Positions 17,030 through 25,864 of a stretch of 25,864 bases of DNA are shown here, one piece after another. The position numbers were made by a program, and so were the translations under genes. The stretch is taken from NCBI GenBank assembly GCA_937880545.1, contig CALFKA010000304.1, positions 1 through 25,864 on the forward strand. Direction: 5' to 3'. Every line of letters starts with the position of its first letter. Positions within the stretch are counted from its first letter, which is position 1. The DNA is from an uncultured Clostridia bacterium. Its GTDB lineage: Bacteria; Bacillota; Clostridia; Peptostreptococcales; Acidaminobacteraceae. A model generated the notes under the pieces. It searched no databases, was not told the DNA's origin, and saw only the letters and a program-made list of their open reading frames with translations.

Positions 17030-18985
17030 CTAGTGGTTTTCTGGAAATTGGGAATATTTCGGCTCTTTTACGAACGGACGGAAAGGAATCCCGCCGCCTT
17101 CATAGAATTTGCCAAAGAACTCAACATACGTCAGACGCGACGTATGCACATAGGCCGACAACATACTAAGGAATACATTAAAGAGATGGAAGACGACAAA
17201 CACCACCGCTCCGGCAACAAGTCCGATGATTCCCGCGCCGGCGAGCATCCGCACGATGAGGTTGACGGCCAGACCGATAAAGCCGCCCGCCAGACCCAGT
17301 GCCATGAGTCTTGAGTAGGAGACGAAGTCCCCAACATAGCCGGTGATGTTGTAGAGGGAGTAGACTCCCATCGCAAGCTTTCCGCCAAAGCTGCCGGCCT
17401 CTCTTCCACCGGTCAGCACAATACCCACCATCCCCGCAATCATCACCCATTTCGAAATAGTGGCGACAAGGGGTGGCAGTCCCATCAGAGCCCCAATGCC
17501 AAAGACACTGGCGCCGATGACAGCCATATACCAAAAGAGAACGTCAAAAATTGCCCCCTGCCAGTCGCCCTGCCTGAGAAGCATGTAGCCGTTTAATCCC
17601 AGGCCGAAGAACAAGTGCACCGCACCGAAAGCGATGGACAGGACGAGCATCGGGATAAAGTCTTTCTGCGTATCAAACAATGCGGGCAGAGGGACCAGGT
17701 CTCCAAAGAAGGAGCCATATACAAAGCCCCAGATGATCATAGATACGGAAAGGTAGCTGAAGAAGCGGACAAATTTTCTCATGGAGGGCTGCAGTTTAAA
17801 GAATTTCAACACAATCAGTGTGGCGACCAGCACGATCGCGCCATATGCAATATCTGCCGCCATCATGCCAAAGAACACCCAGTAAAACGGCGCAAAGAAA
17901 GGCGTCGGATCGATTTCCCCATACGTGGGCAGGGTGTACATGGAGGTGATGCTCGCAAAGCTGTCGACAAATTTGTTGTTTTTAAGGGCGATCGGCACTT
18001 GTGGATCTTCCACCGTGGCATCTTCCATCTCCAGGTGATACCCTTCGGGAAGTGTCTCATCGAGAATTTTTCTGAATGCCTCTTCTTTTTCTGCCGGGAC
18101 ATAGCCCCGAATCCACTCGACCTTTTCTGTCCTCAAAAACTGTCGGGCTGCATCAAGCTTCAGTTGAAGATTTGATTCAAAGTCATAGGCCGCTTCATAG
18201 TACGGGAGATTGTTGGCCATCGGAGCGATCTGAGCCAGTGTCTCATCCGCCTCCGCCTTCAGGCGTTCAATCTCCGCCCGGGACTCTTCCTGTAGAGCCG
18301 GGACCGTCGTCCCTTTGGGAAAGCTCACTTCAGAAAACCCGTAGCGGCGCAATGTGTCGCGGAAGGCTTCCCTTTCTGTCTTGTGGGAGCCAAAGAGATA
18401 GTAGTACGTGTGTCCCACTTCGTTGATGCGATCGATAAAACTCAGTTCAAACTCGCCGATCGCTTCTTCCATGGCACCTGCCAGCTTTCTGGGCACCGCG
18501 CCCAAAAACATATCGACGGCATCACCGGAAGAAAGGTCATCGAGCGCAACGTTCAGATGTTCCCAGGGTGTCCGGTCGCGGATCTTCTCTTCCAGAGCGT
18601 GAATCCTGGACTCGAGATCTTCGTTTTTTCTGGAAAGCGCACTCAAGCGCTCAAAATCTGCCCGGTAGTCCACCGACTGGGCTTTTTCCTCCAGTTCCGA
18701 GAGAGTCAGGGTATCAAGACCCTCCTTCATGGCCTTGAGCCCCTTGGGTCGTGTGTCATATGGGGAGAGAATGCGGTGCATCCAGCGCAAATTGCCCAGA
18801 AGAGACTCTTTCTCCTCCAGGGCGGTCATATCCAACGCCTGATGCAGTTGTACTTCCTCCGACTGTTCTTCCTGACGCAAGTCATAAAAATGGACGTCGC
18901 GGAAGAGCTGGAGGGCCCTATGTAGCCTGGGAGCGCTCTGAGCAAAGCTGAACAGCTCGAAGCGCTTCATCTTTACGATAGCCAT
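17030..18985 (-). CDS. ntpI: V/A-type ATP synthase subunit I, 651 aa
   Basis: MAIVKMK start, PTYGEIDPT, FFGMMAADIAYG, SYSRLMALGL, HTSRLTYVEFFGKFY. Confidence 0.97.
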   Translation of the reverse strand: MAIVKMKRFELFSFAQSAPRLHRALQLFRDVHFYDLRQEEQSEEVQLHQALDMTALEEKESLLGNLRWMHRILSPYDTRPKGLKAMKEGLDTLTLSELEEKAQSVDYRADFERLSALSRKNEDLESRIHALEEKIRDRTPWEHLNVALDDLSSGDAVDMFLGAVPRKLAGAMEEAIGEFELSFIDRINEVGHTYYYLFGSHKTEREAFRDTLRRYGFSEVSFPKGTTVPALQEESRAEIERLKAEADETLAQIAPMANNLPYYEAAYDFESNLQLKLDAARQFLRTEKVEWIRGYVPAEKEEAFRKILDETLPEGYHLEMEDATVEDPQVPIALKNNKFVDSFASITSMYTLPTYGEIDPTPFFAPFYWVFFGMMAADIAYGAIVLVATLIVLKFFKLQPSMRKFVRFFSYLSVSMIIWGFVYGSFFGDLVPLPALFDTQKDFIPMLVLSIAFGAVHLFFGLGLNGYMLLRQGDWQGAIFDVLFWYMAVIGASVFGIGALMGLPPLVATISKWVMIAGMVGIVLTGGREAGSFGGKLAMGVYSLYNITGYVGDFVSYSRLMALGLAGGFIGLAVNLIVRMLAGAGIIGLVAGAVVFVVFHLFNVFLSMLSAYVHTSRLTYVEFFGKFYEGGGIPFRPFVKEPKYSQFPENH

Positions 18986-19297
18986 CTACTCTAGGATCCT
19001 CTCGCGGATAAATGTCACGGCTTCCTCCATTTTTTCAGGGGAAACGCGAAGCATTGCCTCCGCTTTTCGTCTTGCTTCCTCAAGGATGGGAGCTGACCTG
19101 CGCCTGGCGGCGTCCCTGGCTTCCTGCTCCCTGAGTTCGATCTCCTGACGGGTCTTTTCCTTCATCGAGGCCGTCAACTCTTCGACCTGCCTGCCTGCGC
19201 TTTCACGCAGTTCCGCAGCCTCTTTTTTCGCTTGTTCGACGATGGCTCTGGCTTTTTCTTCTGCCTCTGTAATGGCCAGCACCGACGGATGGGACAT
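18986..19297 (-). CDS. ntpF: V/A-type ATP synthase peripheral stalk subunit G/H (Enterococcus name NtpF), 103 aa
   Basis: AITEAEEKARAIVEQAKKEA coiled coil; first gene of the ATPase block; stop abuts the subunit I ATG; AGGAGG SD. Confidence 0.85.
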   Translation of the reverse strand: MSHPSVLAITEAEEKARAIVEQAKKEAAELRESAGRQVEELTASMKEKTRQEIELREQEARDAARRRSAPILEEARRKAEAMLRVSPEKMEEAVTFIRERILE

Positions 19298-19306
19298 AGA
19301 GACCTC

Positions 19307-19732
19307 CTATCGTTCGATTTTCTCCACTCGACGGGCGTGACGTCCGCCTTCGAATTCCGTGGACAGGAATGCATCGACAATACTTTCGGCAACTCCGATC
19401 CCCACGACTCTTCCCCCCATACAGAGGATATTGGCGTTGTTGTGGGCTCTGGACATGCGTGCACTGAACTCGTTTTCGCACAGTGCGGCACGGATACCGC
19501 GGTGGCGGTTGGCAGCTATGCTGATGCCGATGCCGGTCCCGCAGATCAAAATTCCAAGAATCCCCTGTTCGAGGACCGCTTCGGAAACCTTCTTTGCAAA
19601 GTCCGGGTAATCGACACTCTCTAGCGAGTACGCACCTTGATCTTCTACTTCCACTCCCTTTTCAAGGAGATACTTCCTGACATGTTCTTTCAGTTCAAAT
19701 CCGGCATGGTCACTTCCCATGACAATCTTCAT
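19307..19732 (-). CDS. rpiB: Ribose-5-phosphate isomerase B, 141 aa
   Basis: GSDHAG, VDYPD, ICGTGIG, HNNANIL, GGRHARRV. Confidence 0.97.
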   Translation of the reverse strand: MKIVMGSDHAGFELKEHVRKYLLEKGVEVEDQGAYSLESVDYPDFAKKVSEAVLEQGILGILICGTGIGISIAANRHRGIRAALCENEFSARMSRAHNNANILCMGGRVVGIGVAESIVDAFLSTEFEGGRHARRVEKIER

Positions 19733-20745
19733 ACTTCCTCCAGTGTCAAAATGTTTCCCTGTGCAGCCCGCAATACGCGGTCCATCAGAGCCTCACCAAT
19801 TCCCTCGGAAGAAAATTCAGCGATGTAGACCTCCTCCATGCCCGCTCTGTCGGCATCGCGAAGGAGGGCGTAGAGCCTGGCGGCAGCCTCTTCCGGATGT
19901 CCCTCCGGTAAAAAAGCGATCGTATGCACGTGGTCAAAGTCTATGTTCAGATCCGACGGAAGGAGAAAACAACTCGTCGGAGAAGCCGAGGCGATAAAGG
20001 ACAAGAGCGCACGTTCACTCCCACGCAGCAGCGTCACCCGCGCATCAGGCGCATAGTGGCGATGGCGAAGTCCCGGAGATGGAGCTTTTTGCGGATCCCC
20101 CAGGTAGCGCTGAGCGCCGGGGAGAAATGTTCTGATTTCTTCCAGTGTAACCGCCCCCGGTCGCAGCACCAGAGGGTTCTCTCCACTTAAGTCAAGAACT
20201 GTGGATTCAAGACCCACCATGCAGTCTCCCCCCAACAAAATGCCATCTACCTTTCCCACCATCTCAAGGACATCGATCTCCCGGGTGGGAGAAGGACGAC
20301 CCGAAGGATTGGCGCTGGGAGCGGCAATGGGCAGACCCACGGCTTCGATAAGTTGATGAGCCAGCGCATGCGAGGGACACCTTACGGCGACACTCGAAAG
20401 ACCCGCGCTGATCAGTGAAGAAATATGGTCTTGTTTTTTCAGAACCAGGCTGAGAGGTCCCGGCCAAAACGCCTTCATCAACTCCCACGCCTCCCGAGGA
20501 ATATCACAGGCGATGTTCTCTACCCATGAAGCATCTGCCACATGGAGGATGAGCGGGTTGTCAGACGGGCGTCCCTTGGCTTCAAAAATCTTCCGGAGCG
20601 CTTCATCACTGTCGTAACGGGCCCCGAGACCATACACTGTTTCTGTTGGGAAAATCAGCGTGTCACCACGCAGGAGTATGTCTGCAGCATCCCGGAGTTC
20701 ATCTTCTCTCAGGATTTTTGTCTTGTGAATATCCGTTTTCTTCAT
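19729..20745 (-). CDS. sua5: L-threonylcarbamoyladenylate synthase, two-domain Sua5/YwlC form, 338 aa
   Basis: FPTETVYGLG, KGRPSDNPLI, APSANPSGRPSPT, linker SPGLRHRHYAP plus C-terminal SUA5 domain. Confidence 0.96.
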   Translation of the reverse strand: MKKTDIHKTKILREDELRDAADILLRGDTLIFPTETVYGLGARYDSDEALRKIFEAKGRPSDNPLILHVADASWVENIACDIPREAWELMKAFWPGPLSLVLKKQDHISSLISAGLSSVAVRCPSHALAHQLIEAVGLPIAAPSANPSGRPSPTREIDVLEMVGKVDGILLGGDCMVGLESTVLDLSGENPLVLRPGAVTLEEIRTFLPGAQRYLGDPQKAPSPGLRHRHYAPDARVTLLRGSERALLSFIASASPTSCFLLPSDLNIDFDHVHTIAFLPEGHPEEAAARLYALLRDADRAGMEEVYIAEFSSEGIGEALMDRVLRAAQGNILTLEEV

Positions 20746-20812
20746 ATTTGTGAGTATACCCGAGCGATGAAGATAACCATCATTCTTGCAATCTTTTTCA
20801 AATCTATTAATA

Positions 20813-20821
20813 ATTATAACA
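20813..20821 (-). promoter_or_regulatory. Extended -10 promoter (TGtTATAAT) upstream of sua5
   Basis: Exact TGnTATAAT on the - strand in an AT-rich intergenic region, about 70 nt upstream of the sua5 ATG. Confidence 0.6.
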
Positions 20822-20928
20822 CACCTAACCTATGTGAATTAGCATTATATTTGCCTCTTTTTGACATTGAATCACCATCATCACTCATCCATCATTCACA
20901 TCGTATCATCCTTGAGATAAAGATAGAT

Positions 20929-20957
20929 AAAAAAGGAAACAGCCTCTGCTGTTTTCC
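20929..20957 (-). terminator. Intrinsic terminator of the ABC transporter operon
   Basis: GGAAACAGC-CTCT-GCTGTTTTCC hairpin followed on the - strand by TTTTTT; about 27 nt past the stop. Confidence 0.8.
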
Positions 20958-20983
20958 TGTTTATCGTGTACGTTTTGACGAAC

Positions 20984-21886
20984 TTATAAGGAAGCATGAC
21001 TTCTTCCTTCACAAAGCACAAAGTGCTCTGCATCTACCTGATAGAGTCCCTGGTGTGCTGAGCATATAGCCTTGTACTTGGTGCTGTCGATGCGCCGATG
21101 CTCTTTTTCATCGAGGGCAGGCACGGAGGCCATCAGCGTCTGTGTATAGGGATGAAGCGGCTTATTGACGATCGTGTCAGCGGAGGCAAGTTCCACCATC
21201 CGGCCGTTTTTTAGCACGCCGATCCGGTCACTCATATATTCCACTACCTGAAGGTCATGGGAGATGAATAGATAGGACGCCGCAAACTGTTTCTGCAGGT
21301 CGCGAAGGAGGTTGAGAATCTGCGCCTGGACGGATACGTCAAGTGACGATACCGGCTCATCCAAGATGATAAGCTTTGGGCGCAGAATCAGTGCCATGAG
21401 AATCACCACCCGCTGCCGCTGCCCGCCGGAAAGCTCATGCGGATAACGCCGTAGATAGGACTTGTCCATCCCGACGATCTCGAGCATGCGGATGACTTCT
21501 TTCTTGCGTGAGTCTTTCGTGCCGATGCCGTGGACCCGAAGGGGCTCTTCGAGCTGCCAGCCAATGCGCTTGACAGGGTTCAAAGAGGCATAGGGGTTCT
21601 GGAAGACCATCTGGATCTCTCGCTCAATCTCGCGGGCTTTGGTTTTGTCTCGAAGCTCGATGCCATCGAGGAAGGCTTCCCCTGAGGTAGGTCGCAGAAT
21701 CCCCGCTATCATATGCGCGATCGTCGTTTTTCCTGAGCCACTCTCCCCGACGAGCCCAAAGGTCTCGCCTTCTGCGATGTGAAACTCCACAGGGTGAACA
21801 GCCGTAAAATAACTCGTCTTTTCAAATGGCGAACGCTTGTTCTTGCGATATACTTTGCTCAGTCCTTTTACTTCGAGAAGGTTCAT
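20984..21886 (-). CDS. Peptide/nickel ABC transporter ATP-binding subunit (OppF/DppF-like), 300 aa
   Basis: GESGSGKT, LSGGQRQR, ILDEPVSSLD, HPYTQTL; start reassigned to the ATG at 21886 (ATGA overlap with the upstream ATPase). Confidence 0.93.
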   Translation of the reverse strand: MNLLEVKGLSKVYRKNKRSPFEKTSYFTAVHPVEFHIAEGETFGLVGESGSGKTTIAHMIAGILRPTSGEAFLDGIELRDKTKAREIEREIQMVFQNPYASLNPVKRIGWQLEEPLRVHGIGTKDSRKKEVIRMLEIVGMDKSYLRRYPHELSGGQRQRVVILMALILRPKLIILDEPVSSLDVSVQAQILNLLRDLQKQFAASYLFISHDLQVVEYMSDRIGVLKNGRMVELASADTIVNKPLHPYTQTLMASVPALDEKEHRRIDSTKYKAICSAHQGLYQVDAEHFVLCEGRSHASL

Positions 21887-22848
21887 CTTTCTTCGTCCTC
21901 CACAGGATAAAAACAGCGGAGTTTGCACTCTCCCGATTCCGTAAGAGGCGGCAATTCCCTGCGACATCTCTCTTGCGCTTTAAAGCAGCGCGTATGAAAA
22001 GGGCAACCCGACGGACGCTCATCAAGTGACGGCACGCGGCCCGGAATCGTATATAGTGGCTGGTTTTTGACCTTTGGTCTGGGAATGCTCTTAAGTAGGC
22101 CCAGAGTATAGGGATTCATCGGTCGTTTGATCAATTGGTCGACGGGACCTGCTTCCATGATGTAGCCAAGATAGAGCACCATGACCTGCTTGCAGATATC
22201 TCTGATCACGGCAAAGTCATGGGAAATAAACAATATAGCCGTACCGTACTGCGTATTGAGCCGCTTCATGAGCCGCAGAATCTGTGCCTGCACCGTGACA
22301 TCCAGAGCTGTCGTCGGTTCGTCGGCGATCAGAAGACCCGGGCGCAAAATCATCGCCATGGCGATCAGGATACGCTGCAGCATACCGCCTGATAGTTCAT
22401 ACGGCAGTTGATGATATAGTTCCTCCGCACGGGGCAGTCCCACTTCTTTCATGATGGCGATGACCTTGCCCATCCGATCCGTTTCCTCGGAGTGGGTCTC
22501 TAACACCTCTTCAATCTGCCTCCCGACCGGAAGCAAGGGGTTGAGCGCACTCATCGGCTCCTGAAAGATCATCGACATGGAGCGACCCCGGATCTTGCGA
22601 AAGTCTTTCTCATCAAGAGCGAGAAGGTTCTGTCCGTCATACTCGAGCTTCTGCGCTTCGATCTTCGTGCTGGGACTTGTCAGTCCCATAATAGAAAGAG
22701 AGGTGACACTCTTGCCGGAACCGCTCTCTCCGACGATGCCGAGAATGTCTCCCGGCTCCATGGTGAAGTTCAGCTCGCTCACAGCGACCTGTGTCTTCTT
22801 CCCTTCAGGAAAACTGATGCGTAAATCTCTGACTTCGAGCAAACTCAT
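21883..22848 (-). CDS. Peptide/nickel ABC transporter ATP-binding subunit (OppD/DppD-like), 321 aa
   Basis: GESGSGKS, MIFQEPMSALNP, LSGGMLQR, ADEPTTALD, C-terminal GCPFHTRC. Confidence 0.95.
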   Translation of the reverse strand: MSLLEVRDLRISFPEGKKTQVAVSELNFTMEPGDILGIVGESGSGKSVTSLSIMGLTSPSTKIEAQKLEYDGQNLLALDEKDFRKIRGRSMSMIFQEPMSALNPLLPVGRQIEEVLETHSEETDRMGKVIAIMKEVGLPRAEELYHQLPYELSGGMLQRILIAMAMILRPGLLIADEPTTALDVTVQAQILRLMKRLNTQYGTAILFISHDFAVIRDICKQVMVLYLGYIMEAGPVDQLIKRPMNPYTLGLLKSIPRPKVKNQPLYTIPGRVPSLDERPSGCPFHTRCFKAQERCRRELPPLTESGECKLRCFYPVEDEER

Positions 22849-23645
22849 TTGACATCCTTTATATCGCGTATGCCGTCACCGAGCAAGTTAAACCCAAGTA
22901 CTGTCAGAGTGATCATCAGCCCCGGCGCCAGTGCATAGTGCGGTGCGCTGAGAAAAGAATTCTGAGAGTCCTTGAGCATCCTCCCCCAGCTCGGATCCGG
23001 CGGTTGAACACCAAGACCCAGGTAGCTGAGTCCCGCTTCGGCAAGAATGGCCGTCGCAAAGCCCATGGAGGCTGCCACAATAAGTGGGGAGATGATGTTG
23101 GGGAGAATGTGCACAAACATAATCCGAATCTTTGGCACCCCGACACTGCGAGCCATATCGATGTAGGGTTCCTGCTTCACCTGCATGAAACCGCTTCGGG
23201 TAATGCGGGCAAATTTCGGGATGGCCATGATGCCAAGCGCCACCGTGGCATTGAAGATGCCAAAGCCAAATACCGCGACATACATCAAGGCAAAGAGAAT
23301 TCCCGGAAAACTCATCATCGCATCCATGAGCCGCATAATGATCTCATCCGCCCACTTGCCGGCAAAACCTGCGACGGAACCGAGGAGCACCCCAAAGACG
23401 AGCCCGATCGCAACACTGATGAAGCCGACAAGAAAAACGGTCTGCGAGCCGACCATGATGCGGCTGAAAACGTCTCGGCCTAAGTTATCCGTTCCGAAAA
23501 GGAAGGTGCTTGAAGGAGGCTGGTACTTCGCTGCGACCTCCTGATTTGTCCCATAGGGCGTATAGAAGAAACTGACCAGGCACATCAGAAGGAGCAGAAG
23601 CACCAATACCAAACCGATCCGCAGTTCCCAGGAGACTCTTTTCAT
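22845..23645 (-). CDS. Peptide/nickel ABC transporter permease (OppC/DppC-like), 266 aa
   Basis: FGTDNLGRDVFSR, EAA-loop region HILPN, EAGLSYLGLG, FNLLGDGIRD. Confidence 0.95.
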   Translation of the reverse strand: MKRVSWELRIGLVLVLLLLLMCLVSFFYTPYGTNQEVAAKYQPPSSTFLFGTDNLGRDVFSRIMVGSQTVFLVGFISVAIGLVFGVLLGSVAGFAGKWADEIIMRLMDAMMSFPGILFALMYVAVFGFGIFNATVALGIMAIPKFARITRSGFMQVKQEPYIDMARSVGVPKIRIMFVHILPNIISPLIVAASMGFATAILAEAGLSYLGLGVQPPDPSWGRMLKDSQNSFLSAPHYALAPGLMITLTVLGFNLLGDGIRDIKDVK

Positions 23646-24595
23646 ATGCGCTCCTCCCTGTTTACTCTTGGATCGATCAATTTATAGGCGATGTCCAGTA
23701 GGACGTGGATCACAATGACTAAAAAGGCGATGTAGAGGACCATGCCCTGAACAAGCGGAAAGTCGCGGGCGGAGATGCCGGAGATGAGGAGCTTTCCCAG
23801 CCCCGGAATATTGTAGATCTGTTCGATGATGAGGGTGCCGCCCAGAATCTCTGCGACCATCATCCCTAAAATTGTCAATGTCGGGATCAGGGAGTTGCGC
23901 AGGACATGGCGGAACATGATCTTATCGGTGGAGAGTCCCTTGGCGTAGCCCGTGCGAACATAGTCCTGTCCCCACTCATCCAAAATAGAGCTGCGGGTAT
24001 AGCGTACGAGTACTGCTACACGGGGAATAGCAAGAGCCAGTGCAGGAAACATCAGGTAGGAGAGCCCTCGGAATAGGTCAGTGCTCAGGGGCACGTAGGC
24101 TCCGGGGGTAAACCAGCCGAGGATCAGTCCAAAGAGATAGGTCGCCAGGATTCCCAGCCAGAAGGTCGGAATCGCCATGCCGATCTGCGTCACGACACCC
24201 AGAGCGACACCCGATAATCTTCCTCGATATTTAGCACTCAAAAGAGAGATGGGGATTCCGATGACCACCGTTAGAAATAACGTCAGTACCGTAAGCTGCG
24301 TCGTCACCGCCACGCGGGAGCGAATCAGTTCAATCACCGGCAGATCAAAGCGGTTCGAAATGCCAAAATCGCCTCGGAAGGCTCGAAGGAACCAGTTTCC
24401 CAGGCGAACAAATATCGGCCGATCGAGGCCTATCTCCTTGCGATAGGCCTCAATCTGCACATCTGTAGCGTCAATGCCGAGACGCAGGAGTGCTGCATCT
24501 CCCGGCAATATTTCAAAGATAAAGAAGGTGATGACAGCAACCAGCGCTAATGTCAGTAGTAACGACGCCGCCTTTTTCAACAAATATACCGGCAT
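23642..24595 (-). CDS. Peptide/nickel ABC transporter permease (OppB/DppB-like), 317 aa
   Basis: LPGDAA, GDFGIS, QDYVRTGYAKGL, RHVLRNSLIP, RDFPLVQG. Confidence 0.95.
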   Translation of the reverse strand: MPVYLLKKAASLLLTLALVAVITFFIFEILPGDAALLRLGIDATDVQIEAYRKEIGLDRPIFVRLGNWFLRAFRGDFGISNRFDLPVIELIRSRVAVTTQLTVLTLFLTVVIGIPISLLSAKYRGRLSGVALGVVTQIGMAIPTFWLGILATYLFGLILGWFTPGAYVPLSTDLFRGLSYLMFPALALAIPRVAVLVRYTRSSILDEWGQDYVRTGYAKGLSTDKIMFRHVLRNSLIPTLTILGMMVAEILGGTLIIEQIYNIPGLGKLLISGISARDFPLVQGMVLYIAFLVIVIHVLLDIAYKLIDPRVNREERI

Positions 24596-24633
24596 GTCTT
24601 ATTTATCCTCTGTACCGGATGGAATAGACCGGC

Positions 24634-25816
24634 TTATTCAAAGTATAGTGTCGAAACATCCTGAAAATAAATCGGGTAAAGCGTATAGCCCTTCAAATTC
24701 TTTTTGTGGGCAACCATGAGGGAAGGATCCATCAGGAAGATGACACCGCTGTCTTCTGCGATGACCTTCTGAGCGGCTTTATAGGCCACGGCTCTCTCCG
24801 CCGGATCCGACGCACTCAGTCCCTCATTTAGTAGGCGATCGTACTCAGGACTTGCGTAGTTGAGGAAGTTCTGTGGGTAATCGCTCATGTAGCGCTGCAT
24901 GATGGGATGAGGATCAAGCTTGCCTACAAAGGAAATGACGGTCGATTCGTAGTCTTCTCCTAAATAGATCCGATCCAGCCACACACCCCATTCCACCTGT
25001 TCAATCTTTGCGGTAATGCCGGCTGCTGCCAACTGTTCTACAAGAATCTCCGCCGTATTGACATGGAATTCATAGTTGGAGGGGACACTGATGGTGAAGC
25101 TCAAGTCTGTCTCCCCCGCCTTTTCAAGCAGTTCTTTTGCCTTCTCCACGTTGTGGGGGTAGAGGTCCTGCAGACCGTCCTGGAACCAAAACTCCATCAC
25201 GGGACTCATGTTTGCGCCGAGCTTAGTTGCCTTGCCATCGGCCAGTCTCGAAATCAGAGCGTCCTTATCGACGGCATAGTTGATGGCTTCACGCACTTCC
25301 TGTTTGGCAAAGGGAGCAAACGCATGATTGAGTCCAAAAATCTGAATCATGTTCTGTGGGCCTTCAATGACTTCAAAAGTATCCGGCAGCGACTCGATCT
25401 GGTCGACCGTAATTCTCGGCAGCAGATCTACTTCACCCGCCAATAGACTTGAGAGTGCTGTGGCGTTGTCGGCAAAGAGCCTGAACTCCACGTCTTTGAT
25501 CTTGCCCATCTTGTCTTTGTTCCAGTATTCATCGAAGCGGGTCAATTTGATGTGTTGCGTCGGACTGTACGAGACAAATTTATAAGGTCCGGTTCCAACA
25601 GGCGCGCTGTTATGAGACTCTTCCTCAAGGGAGCTGTCGAGCACAGCCGCCGTCATAGCTTCCAGGAAGTCGCCTTTCGGCTCACTCAGTGTAAACTGTA
25701 CCTGATTGTCGCCGACCGCCTCGATGCGAGCGCCGACCAAAGTCTTGACGACCATGACTTGGTCATTTTCCTCTCCGTGACCACCGAGTCTATGGTAGCT
25801 CCAGATGACATCGTCC
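24634..25816 (-). CDS. Peptide/nickel ABC transporter substrate-binding protein (family 5), 5'-truncated at the contig end
   Basis: PVGTGPYKF, VREAINYAVDK, YPHNVEKAKELL; no signal peptide or lipobox; the apparent MCSSDL start is adapter-derived. Confidence 0.9.
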
Positions 25817-25864
25817 AGATCGGAAGAGCACACGTCTGAACTCCAGTCACATCACGATCTCGTA
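25817..25864 (+). other. Illumina TruSeq indexed adapter contamination (index ATCACG)
   Basis: AGATCGGAAGAGCACACGTCTGAACTCCAGTCAC-ATCACG-ATCTCGTA is the standard TruSeq index adapter sequence. Confidence 0.99.

Noticed and set aside
17615-18925. Long + strand ORFs (186 aa, 180 aa) opposite ntpI, and similar ones opposite ntpA, ntpE and the ABC permease
   Set aside because: Antisense shadows of well-supported genes, with no recognisable motifs.
20871-20911. ATC/CATC-rich low-complexity stretch
   Set aside because: No fixed period or repeat-spacer structure; not a CRISPR array or tandem repeat.

Overview
Fragment of an anaerobic Bacillota (Clostridia-like) genome; the phylum is inferred from gene content and synteny. 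All confidently assigned genes are on the - strand. In transcription order (right to left): (1) a peptide/nickel-type ABC importer (binding protein, 2 permeases, 2 ATPases), whose first gene is cut off by Illumina TruSeq adapter sequence at the window end; (2) sua5-rpiB, a complete V/A-type ATPase operon (G/H-I-K-E-C-F-A-B-D) with a Na+-type K ring, a barnase-like lipoprotein plus barstar, murA, a patatin, a phosphoglucomutase and an AEC-family transporter; (3) a Na+-pumping decarboxylase module (delta-like, biotin carrier, a 50-aa membrane protein absent from the ORF track, beta subunit) with no carboxyltransferase; (4) a hairpin-rich ~300-nt intergenic segment that looks like a + strand structured RNA; (5) a family I CoA-transferase. 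The best leads are the alpha-less, MadB-like decarboxylase module with its extra small membrane subunit, the structured RNA candidate at 2021-2324, the V-type ATPase sitting where Bacillota normally carry the F-type operon, and the barnase/barstar pair coupled to that operon. No CRISPR array, tRNA, rRNA or transposase was seen. All folds and family calls were made by eye and need computational confirmation.
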